Shown here: positions 20,701-30,015 of the stretch, one piece after another
Numbering within the stretch: the stretch's first letter is position 1
Layout of the letters: every line of letters starts with the position of its first letter
NCBI GenBank assembly: GCA_963804995.1
Contig: CAWDSK010000001.1
Span: forward strand, 629,784 to 693,783
Source: an uncultured Acidobacteriota bacterium
GTDB taxonomy: Bacteria > Acidobacteriota > Terriglobia > UBA7540
Direction of reading: 5' to 3'
Length of the DNA: 64,000 nucleotides
Program-made: the position numbers and the translations under genes
The notes under the pieces: generated by a model
What the model was told of the DNA's origin: nothing
Databases searched by the model: none
What the model saw: only the letters and a program-made list of their open reading frames with translations

Positions 20701-21672
20701 CTAGTATCCGAGGGTCTTCCGGACAAACTCGCGGCTGATCTTCCAATCGTCGCGCAGGGGCCGCGTGAGCTGGAAGCCCTTCTCGTGTGCGAGCTCGATC
20801 ACGGGGTCGCCCGTAAACGGAATCGCGTGCAGGGCCTGGGCGATGCCCACGTAATCCATGCTCCCCTCGCCCACGGCTTCGGACCAGGTGCCATCCGCTT
20901 TCTGATCGCGGATGTGCATAAAGACGATTTGCTTGCCGAAGCGATGAATGAAGTCCACGGGATTAACTCCGCCCCGCACCAGCCAGTTGAGGTCCGGCCC
21001 CAATTTGACGTCGGGGATGCGGGCCAGCGTGCCCTCCAGATCGTGCATGCCGTTTTCGACTTCGTAGGTATGATTGTGGAGGTTTAGAACCACACCGTGT
21101 GCCTTGCCGAAGGCGATGATTTTGCGCAGGATCTCCGCTTGCGCGTCAAGCTGCTCCGGCGTCTTGGGTGCGTGGGCTTGGCCGACTGACGTTCCCAGGG
21201 TACGCCCTCCCAGTTGAGCGACGCGCGTAATGACCGTCTCGGCCTTTTCCAGGATTTCGCCGTGCTTCGAGCTGTCCCACATATTGGCCCCGAACGACGT
21301 GCCGAGGATCGGCAGGGAGTATTTGTGGGAAAGCGCGCCGATGCGCTCCACGGCGTCGTCGTGCATCAAGGCTGCATCCATCAGTTCGAAAGCGTCAATC
21401 CCCGCGTATTTGAAATCCGAAAAGATCTGCTCGAGGACCGGCGTGTAGTCGTGATTTGGAATGGGCGCGGCGTAAACCCAGGCGTGGCCACCTACCAGGA
21501 TCTTTTTGGGTTTGGGAGCAGCGTTCCGCGCCAATGCCCCATCCGCCGCCAGCACTCCCGCCGCCATCGTCGCGGCAGACTTGAGGAACTCCCGACGGTC
21601 GCGACTCTTCAAAGTTTCGACTTGATCATCATGCTGACTCTTCGCTACTCCAGGATTGCTGGATCTCGGCAT
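20701..21672 (-). CDS. Sugar phosphate isomerase/epimerase (xylose-isomerase-like TIM barrel) with twin-arginine motif
   Basis: DRREFLK leader; LHNHTYE, GPDLNW, MHIRDQ, GEGSMDY and IELAHE motifs. Confidence 0.85.
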   Translation of the reverse strand: MPRSSNPGVAKSQHDDQVETLKSRDRREFLKSAATMAAGVLAADGALARNAAPKPKKILVGGHAWVYAAPIPNHDYTPVLEQIFSDFKYAGIDAFELMDAALMHDDAVERIGALSHKYSLPILGTSFGANMWDSSKHGEILEKAETVITRVAQLGGRTLGTSVGQAHAPKTPEQLDAQAEILRKIIAFGKAHGVVLNLHNHTYEVENGMHDLEGTLARIPDVKLGPDLNWLVRGGVNPVDFIHRFGKQIVFMHIRDQKADGTWSEAVGEGSMDYVGIAQALHAIPFTGDPVIELAHEKGFQLTRPLRDDWKISREFVRKTLGY

Positions 21673-22245
21673 AACTCCTCCTCAGTTTGCAGGGTAGCTG
21701 CACTCCTCCACAGTTTGGGAAAGACGGGTCACTTGGGTCACGGTTCTACGCGGGCCTGATCGAATTTCCGAATCTCCTGCGGGGAGCTTTCTCGAACGCG
21801 GCGGTCGTACGTCGAGGGTGCTTCCTTTAGACCTCCTAAAATAAGGCTAGTTGGGCCCGGATGCAAGTGTTTGTAAGCGAAAACGCAAAAAATCCTGTTG
21901 CGACTGGCAGGCAAGGCGTCGGCTGAGGATCGGATCATCAGGCCGTCGAGCCCTCGGGTGATTTGCGAATGGTGATTGGCGATTCTCGAAGTCGGCATTT
22001 GATTCATCTTTTCATCTGACACCACCGATAACCGATGTGGGGAAGTCTGTCACGGGCGGATTGGGTCGGATGGGGTGAGGGGCTTGCCTGGCGGGTCCTG
22101 GCGAACCTCCATTTTCGTTTCTCGCGACCCTCCATTCCCCAGCATGGAGCGGCGCCGCGAGGCGCTCCGGCCGGGGACGTAGGGCCGAACGGCGTTCGGC
22201 CCAGGGCCAGCGCCGCTGGCCCCTACGGACGTGGCACGGGCATCT

Positions 22246-22373
22246 GAAGGTGTGAAAAAATACCATTTTCACCGCTGAGACGCTGAGACGCAGAGAAATG
22301 ACCCTTTGTTTTCAAACCTCTGCGCCTCCGCGTCTCCGCGGTGAAAGGCTTGATGGGATTTTTTCACAGCTTC
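22246..22373. mobile_element. Probable MITE shell around a CACCGCGGAGACGCAGAG-type palindrome
   Basis: Ends GAAGGTGTGAAAAAA / TTTTTTCACAGCTTC (14/15 inverted match); interior TTCACCGC.GAGACGC..GCAGAG...CTCTGCG..GCGTCTCCGCGGTGAA. Confidence 0.5.
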
Positions 22374-22418
22374 TCTTGCCCGTGATGTTCATGGCCAGGA
22401 TGGCCATGCCACACCGGA

Positions 22419-22780
22419 CTACCCGGTTTTGGAGGCTTGCTGGGGGCGGTTGAGCGCGTCGAGGAAACGGGGGAAGGCCTTTGCGTACGTCGCGAGATTG
22501 TCCGAAAAGTCCCCGATCACTTTGCTCACCACATCGGCCTTGCGGGGGTGATCCCATTCATCGAAGAGGTAATCGTCAATGCGGACAGGAAACAGCACAT
22601 TCTTATGTTCGCGGTCTTCCTTCTGCAAGGCGCGCTCGATTTCGCGAATGACGGGCGGGCTTTCGAGCGAATCCTTGGAGCAGATCACCACCAGTTTGTC
22701 ATAATGCCGGATGGCGGTGTCAATCTCGCCCCACACCGGCTCGCCCCACTTGGCATTTTCGTCAAACTTCCAACATGTTT
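22419..22780 (-). pseudogene. 5-prime-truncated TIR-domain gene
   Basis: CWKFDENAKWGEPVWGEIDTAIRHYDKLVVICSKDSLESPPVIREIERAL..LFPVRIDDY is TIR_2-like. The first strand of the domain and a credible start are missing. Confidence 0.65.
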
Positions 22781-22826
22781 CGGCGCCGCCGTTGACAGCG
22801 ATGCCTTGACGTTTTAAGATGATTAC

Positions 22827-23048
22827 ATGAATGCAACAATTGCCGCACCGATTGACTGGATCGAGGCTGTTGGAAATCTGCGTTTTCCATCGAAAGCGGA
22901 CCATCGCCTTCAGGAACTCATGGACCGGAACAACGAAGGGCTTTTGCAGGAATCTGAAAGGGAAGAACTGGAGGCATTGGTTGAATTGAGCGAGCGACTG
23001 TCGCTCGTCCGCGGCGAGGCATTGCAGATTCTAGGCAAGCAGCCATAA
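22827..23048 (+). CDS. Small putative antitoxin partner of the HNH nuclease
   Basis: 73 aa, RLQELMDRNNEG.L...EREELEALV; its stop overlaps the HNH start (TAATG). Confidence 0.65.
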   Translation: MNATIAAPIDWIEAVGNLRFPSKADHRLQELMDRNNEGLLQESEREELEALVELSERLSLVRGEALQILGKQP

Positions 23049-23461
23049 TGAGCGTCCCGGAAGAACTGTCGCGCACAGTTCGGGCACGCGCTCGCGGGCG
23101 GTGCCAATACTGCCTGATGCACGAGAGCCTCCAGGGAGCCACTTTCCACGTTGAGCACATCATCCCACAATGCCAAGGCGGGCGCTCCGATTTGCAGAAT
23201 CTCGTGCTGGCGTGCCCTGAATGCAATCTGCATAAAGCCAGCAGGATTACGGCGATTGATCCGGCGACTGGTGAGTCTGTGCAATTATTTCATCCCCTCC
23301 TGCAACGCTGGTCAGAACACTTCCGGTTTAATCGCTATCAGATCGAAGGATTGACCCCCGTGGGCCGCACAACCATAGAAGTGCTAAACCTGAATCACTC
23401 CCGCCGTCAGCGCATCCGCGAAGTTGAGGAAGCGTTTGGTCTCTATCCGCCAGCGCATTGA
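23048..23461 (+). CDS. HNH endonuclease
   Basis: RCQYC, HVEHIIP..GG....NL.LACPECN.HK, LFHP, GLTPVGRTTI. Confidence 0.9.
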   Translation: MSVPEELSRTVRARARGRCQYCLMHESLQGATFHVEHIIPQCQGGRSDLQNLVLACPECNLHKASRITAIDPATGESVQLFHPLLQRWSEHFRFNRYQIEGLTPVGRTTIEVLNLNHSRRQRIREVEEAFGLYPPAH

Positions 23462-23582
23462 GGGATTTTCCTTGATGACACTCACCCCGCGTCGGTGATT
23501 TGCGTCCAAATGAGGTCCGCCCCGCTGAGGTCCAGCCCGACAAGGTCCGCGACCAGTTGTCAGTTATCAGTCATCAGTATTC

Positions 23583-24044
23583 AGCGGGTAGCCACGGACA
23601 GTGCCTTTCTGTCCGTGAGCTCTTCCCTTGATGACGAACCTCCAGTCGATTGTGGCCGCACTGATTGCGTTCCCGGTGGGTTCTTGAAGGCATGGGGGTG
23701 GAGTGGTAATCTGCGGGCGTGTCAAACGTCCACCGTCTGCGCCTCACCGACCGCATCTTCTTTGTCAGTATTGGGACCGCTTTGTGCGCGACGAGAAGGA
23801 ATTCAATGAGCGTCTGGAGTACATGCACCTGAATCCCGTGAAGAAAGGGCTGGTGAAACGTCGGTAGCCACGGTCAGTGCAGTTCTGACCGTGGGTTCTT
23901 CTGGCCGTGGTCGAGTTACAACAATTTTGCTTTGGCCAAGGCAACGGTGGCGGCGTGTCCCATCCGGATTGATGACGTGCGATTGCCTTTGGGGTATCGC
24001 GCACGATAAAAGCCCACGGTCAGAAAAGCGCTGACGGTGGCTAC
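23583..24044 (+). mobile_element. REP/RAYT element 1: internally deleted REP-associated tyrosine transposase between GTAG-REP hairpins
   Basis: AGCGGGTAGCCACGGACAG..CTGTCCGTG left end; remnants MSNVHRLRLTDRIFFV, YWDRFVRDEKEFNERLEYMHLNPVKKGLVKR and WSSYNNFAL..LPLGYRA; internal REP at 23863-23901; right end CCACGGTCAG..CTGACGGTGGCTAC. A further degenerate right end lies at about 24083-24119. Confidence 0.8.
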
Positions 24045-24119
24045 GAGTTAAACTGCGATGGTGATATCACCGATGGAAAAAGGCCGCGGCCAAAAAGGCG
24101 CGGACAGTGGCTACCCGCT

Positions 24120-24545
24120 TTAAGGAGTGCGCATGCAGTGGGCGAGGCTGGGAGCAATGGCTTGGAAATGCTTGAGGTTCAGGGTGTAAATGTGGCGGGC
24201 GCCGCAGTTTGCCGCGCAGCGCAGCAGCAGCGCATCGTAAATGCGGCCGCCGGTCAGGCCTTGTTCGGAAGCTTGGCGAATGGTGGCGAGATACTCCCGT
24301 TCGCTAAGGGAGACAAGCGTCAACCGTTGGCGGACCTCTTCGACAAACAGGGCCGCCTGTTCGGGAGGAATCAGGGGCTTTACAGGTAAAGCGCTCATCG
24401 AGGCGTAGACTTCAGCCAAGGTGTGAATCCCGCAGGCGGACTGCTCCTTGCTGGCCGCAGCGAAGAGCCGGAGGCTCGATTCGTGATGCGCATGACCGCG
24501 CCAGAAGGCGGCAATGAGAACGGAGGTATCGAAGAAGTCTCTCAT
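24120..24545 (-). CDS. vapC: VapC PIN-domain toxin
   Basis: FFDTSVLIAA, LAEVY, GGRIYDALL, YTLNLKHF. Confidence 0.9.
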   Translation of the reverse strand: MRDFFDTSVLIAAFWRGHAHHESSLRLFAAASKEQSACGIHTLAEVYASMSALPVKPLIPPEQAALFVEEVRQRLTLVSLSEREYLATIRQASEQGLTGGRIYDALLLRCAANCGARHIYTLNLKHFQAIAPSLAHCMRTP

Positions 24546-24805
24546 CGGGAGAGAGTTGCGCCCAGGCGCTTGGCGCGTTCGAGGTCAATCAGATCGGGAA
24601 TGGAAGCGTTGCTCGGCTCGCCTTGATACACCCAGACGCCTCTTTCCTTTTGCAGAAGAGCCTGCGGACGAACCGGGCGCAAGGTAATGCGCTCACCTTC
24701 ACTTTCCAGCACGAGGGTGTCGCCGGCTCCGAGCCGCATCTCTTCGCGCAGAGTTTTGGGGAGAACCAGCCGCCCGGCTTTGTTGAGTGAAACCTTGGTC
24801 GTCAT
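24542..24805 (-). CDS. AbrB/MazE-family antitoxin
   Basis: VSLNKAGRLVLPKTLREEM.L..GD.L; overlaps the toxin start; upstream palindrome CCATTCTAGAATGG. Confidence 0.9.
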   Translation of the reverse strand: MTTKVSLNKAGRLVLPKTLREEMRLGAGDTLVLESEGERITLRPVRPQALLQKERGVWVYQGEPSNASIPDLIDLERAKRLGATLSR

Positions 24806-24869
24806 AATGCCATTCTAGAATGGTTTAAACCACATGTAAATGGCGAAACCAAGTACGGCAAGCAATTGT

Positions 24870-25317
24870 AGCGGGTAGCCATCACGGTCACGGCTTTTGT
24901 GGCGGTGGGTTCTTCCCCTGATGACGAAGCACCTAGTGGGCTTTTCCCTTGATGCCCGACTCCTGATCAACGGTGGCGGCCCTGACGGCGTTCCCCGTGG
25001 GTGCTCGAAGGCCTCTGGCCGCGGTGATAATCTGCGGGCGTGTCCAACGTCCGCCGACTCCGCGTGACGGACTGCATTTTCTTTGTCAATGTGAACCTGC
25101 GTCCACGCTTCAAGCGATTTAACGAATCTGCATGCGGTGAAGAAAGGGCTGGTGAAGCGCCCGGAGGATGGGCGGTGGTCGAGTTACAACAATTTTGCTT
25201 TGGACAAGGCAACGGTGGCGGCGTGTCCCATCCAGATTGATGACGTGCGATTGCCCTTGGGGTATCGCGCATGAGAAAAGCCCACGGTCAGAAAAACGCT
25301 GACCGTGGCCGCCCGCT
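24870..25317 (+). mobile_element. REP/RAYT element 2 (different internal deletion)
   Basis: AGCGGGTAGCC left end; MSNVRRLRVTDCIFFVNVNLRPRFKRFNE fused to VKKGLVKRPEDGRWSSYNNFALDKATVAACPIQIDDVRLPLGYRA-stop; right hairpin ends GTGGCCGCCCGCT. Confidence 0.8.
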
Positions 25318-25407
25318 TTGTTTTGCGCTATCATCGGAATCATCCGTTTTGTTAAATGGGTTTGGTAACGCTAGAACCACAAAGTACAAGGCTGGAGGGT
25401 AAGAATC

Positions 25408-25727
25408 ATGGCTATCGAGATTACCTTCGCCGATAACGTACCTCTGAAGGACGGTGGGAAACAGTTTATTATCCTTTTAGAGTTTCAAATGAGCAGTCGA
25501 GCCGCACAGTCATGCAAGGCATTACTGAACAAGCGAAATTATGGTCAAACCTGTCACGGGATGGCCTAATCGAAGTCGCAACTGAGTGGCTACGGTTTTG
25601 CACTGACAATAGAAGATACGATCCCTTTAATCATCCTGAAATTTCTAACCCAGAGGATGTAACGGTGCCGATCATGGACCATTGGCTCCAACATCACTCA
25701 TTTTCCCAATTGGCAACACAAAATTAG
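25408..25727 (+). CDS. Low-GC hypothetical protein (likely 1-bp frameshift in a T-run near 25476)
   Basis: RBS GGAGG and ATG at 25408; one extra T joins it to ORF 25512-25727. Confidence 0.4.
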
Positions 25728-25918
25728 AGCACTACCCAGGGATGACGATCCTTGCATTCACGGTTTTCACGATTGCTGGCATTTTGCTCTGGATAGGCGA
25801 CCACCGAGGATGGGCCATCCTCTGTTTTTTGATCGCCTTGGTAATCCTGTCAGCTATGCTGCTGTAGCAGAATTGGCACGCACACGCACGCGGACGGGGC
25901 AACCCATACAAACACTGT

Positions 25919-26827
25919 TTAGGATGAACTTTGCGGGGCGGAGAAACCGCCTGCGACCCAAACGAAAACCCGAAGTGTTCCCCAAGGTACCAAGAAACCA
26001 ACCACGGGATAACAAAAAGGCAGGAGCAGGCTGGCGATAAAGGCCAATCGGGCCTTGAGTGTCTTCGCTCCCCTGCGTGCCCACTCGCCCGTTGTGAGTT
26101 GAATTGAGGAAATCGCGCCACCCTTGTCTGCATTCACGGTTTGAATGCCATCGGTGCCCTTCACGTCAACCGTGATCTCGGCGGCAGGATCGTCGGCAAC
26201 GGCTTTATCGTATACGTTAGCGGCCTGCGCCGGATAATCGGGAATAATTAAAACTGGTGGTGTTTCCAAAGTGTACCCAGGCGGTATCGGCGGCGGTTGC
26301 GTAGGCGTTTCCAGCCGATAACCGGGCGGTATAGGTGGTATTGCACGCGGTGGAATAGCCGGTTGCGCAGGAGCATCCAGCGTGTAGCCCGGTGGCGGCG
26401 GCGGTACAGCGGGCTTTTCTAGCGTATACCCCGGTGGAAGCGGGGGGACCGGCGGCTTTATCGTGAATTGTTGTGTCTTGTGCTGAGCGAGGTAACTTTT
26501 AATCGCCTCAGCAATCTTATCGTCGGACATGCCACCGGGGAAGGACACGTTGCCCACTCCAGGAACCTCAACGATTTTGTCGGGAGTGATGTATATTTCC
26601 TGCTTTCCGCCGATGCTCGAAAAAGCTACAGGCCCATGCTGCTTGGCTTGGTAGTCTTTTATGGCTGCGTTCACATCGAGCATAACCGGCAAGGCTTGAA
26701 GCCGTTCAAATCTCGTATGCGAATTCCAGACATTCATGAGATTCCAATAACCAAAGGCTCCGCCCGCGACGCATCCCAGAGCCCCAAGCACGATTCCGAC
26801 TCGCCGCATTCCTTCTCTCGTGTTCAT
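25919..26827 (-). CDS. Membrane protein with two terminal TM helices and Pro-rich PPGYTLE repeats
   Basis: RBS GGAGGA; N- and C-terminal hydrophobic helices; four PP(L/P/I)PPGY(T/R)L(E/D) units. Confidence 0.7.
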   Translation of the reverse strand: MNTREGMRRVGIVLGALGCVAGGAFGYWNLMNVWNSHTRFERLQALPVMLDVNAAIKDYQAKQHGPVAFSSIGGKQEIYITPDKIVEVPGVGNVSFPGGMSDDKIAEAIKSYLAQHKTQQFTIKPPVPPLPPGYTLEKPAVPPPPPGYTLDAPAQPAIPPRAIPPIPPGYRLETPTQPPPIPPGYTLETPPVLIIPDYPAQAANVYDKAVADDPAAEITVDVKGTDGIQTVNADKGGAISSIQLTTGEWARRGAKTLKARLAFIASLLLPFCYPVVGFLVPWGTLRVFVWVAGGFSAPQSSS

Positions 26828-26976
26828 TGGTGTTCCTCCGCGCGTCGCTAACCTACTGTATACCTCGACTCGGGGGGGAGGGAAAGGGAAAAAGGCAGGG
26901 ACGAGCGGCAAAGCAGGTGCCCCATGCCGGAGGAGCTAGGGAACGGAAGGTTGGCGTATCGTAAGGGAGACTCATG

Positions 26977-27162
26977 GCGGGTAGCGACGGTCAATGCAGT
27001 TCTGACCGTAGGTTCTTCTGGCGGTGGTCGAGTTACAACAATTTTGCTTTGCACAAGGCAACGGTGGCGGCGTGTCCCAACCAGATTGATTACGTGCGAT
27101 TGCCATTGGGGTATCGCGCCTGAGAAAAACCCACGGTCAGAAAAACGCTGACCGTGGCCGCT
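26977..27162 (+). mobile_element. REP/RAYT mini-element 3
   Basis: GCGGGTAGCGACGGTCA..TGACCGT + RAYT 3-prime tail + CCACGGTCAGAAAAACGCTGACCGTGGCCGCT. Confidence 0.85.
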
Positions 27163-27946
27163 AGTCACTCTCAAGGCCCTCTAGCAAAGAGCTTAGCGGT
27201 GTCTTGTACTCTTTGTTCTGTGCCTTAGCATACCGTAGCTGCTGCGCAATAAAAGACAGTTCCTTCTCGAAATCGTCGTCTGATAGTGACGCTGCATGCA
27301 TAAGCACTAAGCGGCGCATAACGATGTCTAGCTGAGCGAACATTTTCTCAAGGTGGCGCACTGCGTACTCTTCAATATCGCCGTTTGGGCATAGTATGCA
27401 TGTGTCAGTTTTCCCACCGCAGCCTAAGCCAGACTTCTTTACCCGCCACAAGACATAGGCGCCAAGATGCCACATCTCCTCAGCGCGCAGTGTTGGGAGG
27501 TGCGCCGTGTCTGGGAAGAATAATCCCAAATAACTATCCGCTAAGACCCCACCCGCGCCGGTGAACTCAACTGTTTTGGCCGGTCTAAGCCTTACCCCAC
27601 GCGAGCACAACATTTCACTTTTGCCGTCACAAGCAAGCCCCATGATTAATGCAAAAGTAGCTGGTTGAGGGTCCAGCTTTATGGCCTTGAAGGTAGTCCG
27701 CAGAATTCCTTCTATCTCAGTTTTTGCTTGTGGTAATGAGCTACAAGAGGGTACTGATTCGGTTATAGACTGCGCGGTCGTCTGTAGGTAGTCCCAGTCG
27801 TTAGAGCCGGTGATAACCACGGATACTGCATCGCCTGCCCCATACCATATTTTCTTCTGCCTAGACTTTCCTGTATCGTGGGTGAGTTCCCTATCTGCGC
27901 ATAACACGATACCGTCCAAGCATTGGAAACCAGCGGCGATGGTCAC
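27161..27946 (-). CDS. Ntn-hydrolase / proteasome-beta-like protein
   Basis: (M)TIAAGFQCLDGIVLCADRELT with putative nucleophile Thr, TG.G and GCGGKTD segments. The ORF is open upstream to 28033. Confidence 0.6.
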   Translation of the reverse strand: MTIAAGFQCLDGIVLCADRELTHDTGKSRQKKIWYGAGDAVSVVITGSNDWDYLQTTAQSITESVPSCSSLPQAKTEIEGILRTTFKAIKLDPQPATFALIMGLACDGKSEMLCSRGVRLRPAKTVEFTGAGGVLADSYLGLFFPDTAHLPTLRAEEMWHLGAYVLWRVKKSGLGCGGKTDTCILCPNGDIEEYAVRHLEKMFAQLDIVMRRLVLMHAASLSDDDFEKELSFIAQQLRYAKAQNKEYKTPLSSLLEGLESD

Positions 27947-28068
27947 GGATTCTACCTTATCCAGCAACTCACGGGGTTTATGCGGAAGGCGTAAGGAAGG
28001 ATACGGCGGCTTATGCCATATGTCAACTTGCACGGATTCAACATAGTGGTAGAGTTTGATAAATGGGT

Positions 28069-28257
28069 AGCGGGTAGCCGGTCAGTGCAGTTCTGACCGT
28101 GGGTTCTTCCGGCGGTGGTCGAGTTACAACAATTTTGCTTTGGACAAGACAACGGTGGCGGCGTGTCCCATCCAGATTGATCACTTGCGATTGCCCTTGG
28201 GGTATCGCGCATGAGAAAAGCCCACGGTCAGAAAAGCGCTGACCGTGGCTACCCGCT
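28069..28257 (+). mobile_element. REP/RAYT mini-element 4
   Basis: AGCGGGTAGCC..GGTCAGTGCAGTTCTGACC + RAYT tail + CCACGGTCAGAAAAGCGCTGACCGTGGCTACCCGCT. Confidence 0.85.
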
Positions 28258-28492
28258 CGTGCAGCCGTAGCCGAGCAATTAGCGGTCAGCGTGGGAACCA
28301 TCTGCGGGCAGGCCAAGGCGGTCGCTAATTAGGTCTGCCGGTTTCTACGGCGCGGGCTAACTCCAAGCCTCGCTAAGGCATGTCGGGTGAAGGCGAATAA
28401 CCGCCTGAAAAGCCTCGCCGGGCCTGCAATGACCCACAGCTCAGTGAACTTGCGTGACCTGCGGAGGCGCAGCAGGAATTGGCAAAAGCGGT

Positions 28493-28927
28493 TTAAGTGC
28501 CTTTCGCCGCTTTGTCAACATCCTTGCGGAGAGTCTTGGCCACGTCTTGAGCACGGAGCTTAACCGTGTCTGCTCCGCCAAACTTGAGATGCGGTTGGAA
28601 GTCTTTCTCCCACAAGCGCAATCCATCAGGAGTCTTCATGACCACAGTCACACGGGCACGAGACTCTTCAGCATAGACACGAACAGACAAGGCGCCTGTC
28701 AAAACAGCGTCGGCGGTCTTTGCATCTTCGGTTGTGGCGAAATGGGCTTTGCCCAGTTCGTCTGCAAGAAGAAGTCGGAAACGCTCGGCTTCATCGCTTT
28801 GGCCCATCGAGCCGACATAGATTTTCTTGACCGACGCAAGAGACCCGTTTCCTTGAGCGAAGCATGTAGCCGTCACCAACACGCAGAATAGGATGACAGT
28901 GGTCATGGCTAGATTTTTAGTCGTCAT
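28493..28927 (-). CDS. Secreted hypothetical protein
   Basis: RBS GGAG; signal peptide ending TCFA-Q; mature part SLASVKKIYVGSMG..ADAVLTG. Confidence 0.7.
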   Translation of the reverse strand: MTTKNLAMTTVILFCVLVTATCFAQGNGSLASVKKIYVGSMGQSDEAERFRLLLADELGKAHFATTEDAKTADAVLTGALSVRVYAEESRARVTVVMKTPDGLRLWEKDFQPHLKFGGADTVKLRAQDVAKTLRKDVDKAAKGT

Positions 28928-29066
28928 TGATTTCTCCAGAGCGGGGCTTCGGCATACGGGATTTTCGACAATACGCCTCGAAAGGAAGTCTTTCAACCGG
29001 AATTTCCGCTCTCATTTTCCGGTTGACCGGTAACATACACCTGACCGCCTCTGAAGGCCATGTCCC

Positions 29067-29366
29067 GCGGGCCACGGTCAGCGATTTTCTGACCGTGGGC
29101 TTTTCTCATGCCCGATGCTCCAGCGGCAGGCCGTCAATCGGGATGGAACACGCCGCTACCGTTGCCCTGTTCAAAGTAAGTTTGCTGTAACCCGACCACC
29201 GCCAGAAGAACCCACGGTCAGGACTGGTCGCCGCAGCGACACCGTGGCTACCCCCGCCTCACCCGCCGCTTGCGCGCGGGATTGAACTATTCCTGCCTGC
29301 TATGCCTTCGTCATCAAGGGAAGAACCCCAAGGCCAGAAAAACGCTGACCGCAATGGCTACCCGCT
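29067..29366 (-). mobile_element. REP/RAYT element 5 (inverted, three-hairpin subfamily B)
   Basis: Reverse complement: REP + about 80-bp leader (TTCCCTTGATGACGAAG..) + REP + tail WRWSGYSKLTLNRATVAACSIPIDGLPLEHRA-stop + REP. Confidence 0.8.
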
Positions 29367-29595
29367 AGGCCGTCACGCCCGGGTACTCAAATACTGGTGT
29401 TTGGATAACGCGCGAGGGCGACTTTCCCTCCCATACGATGTGCTGCAAGCGTTCAGCGGTTTCGGGAGAAAAGTAGCGCTCGCCCGTCTTCAGGGACACC
29501 CGTGCGGGCACGTGCTCGACGATGATGAAACGCCCTTCGATTTCCAGCGTGTAGGTTACGTTCTGCTCAACGAAAGTTTCTTCTGAAACATCCAT
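29365..29595 (-). CDS. YgiT/MqsA-type antitoxin-like protein
   Basis: TYTLEIEGRFIIVEHVPARVSLKTGERYFSPET; directly downstream of a DUF4258 gene. Confidence 0.75.
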   Translation of the reverse strand: MDVSEETFVEQNVTYTLEIEGRFIIVEHVPARVSLKTGERYFSPETAERLQHIVWEGKSPSRVIQTPVFEYPGVTA

Positions 29596-29596
29596 A

Positions 29597-29908
29597 TCAT
29601 ATTCTCCGTTGCTTGTATTCGACCCACTCGTTGGGATCGGGTTCATAGACGGTGACGATCTTCACCAGAGGGCGAGACGGATAGCTGCAATGGACATGAA
29701 TAGGTCTGTCCATTCTCGTGAAACCCAGGATCAGGCAACTCGGGCCATACTTATCCTCGGGATAATCCTCAATGACCGCCCCTCTGCTTATCGCTTCCCG
29801 AACCTCCTGAACGTTGACGTGTCGCAGGATAGCCTGGTCAATTGCGTGTTGCGAAAACTCGAATAAATCTGCTGCAACCTTGGTGCGTATTGCTTCGATC
29901 AGTGGCAT
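29597..29908 (-). CDS. DUF4258-family putative toxin
   Basis: FSQHAIDQ..R, VIEDYPEDKYGPSCLILG..RPIHV, IVTVYEPDP..W. Confidence 0.85.
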   Translation of the reverse strand: MPLIEAIRTKVAADLFEFSQHAIDQAILRHVNVQEVREAISRGAVIEDYPEDKYGPSCLILGFTRMDRPIHVHCSYPSRPLVKIVTVYEPDPNEWVEYKQRRI

Positions 29909-30015
29909 CTCTTGGATGATAGTCCAAGGTTAGCAGAGCTGCAACAACGTGAGATACATAAAGCCCAAGGCCAGCCCCTGACTTATATCGAATTCGCGGG
30001 TGGCGCCAGCCCGCG

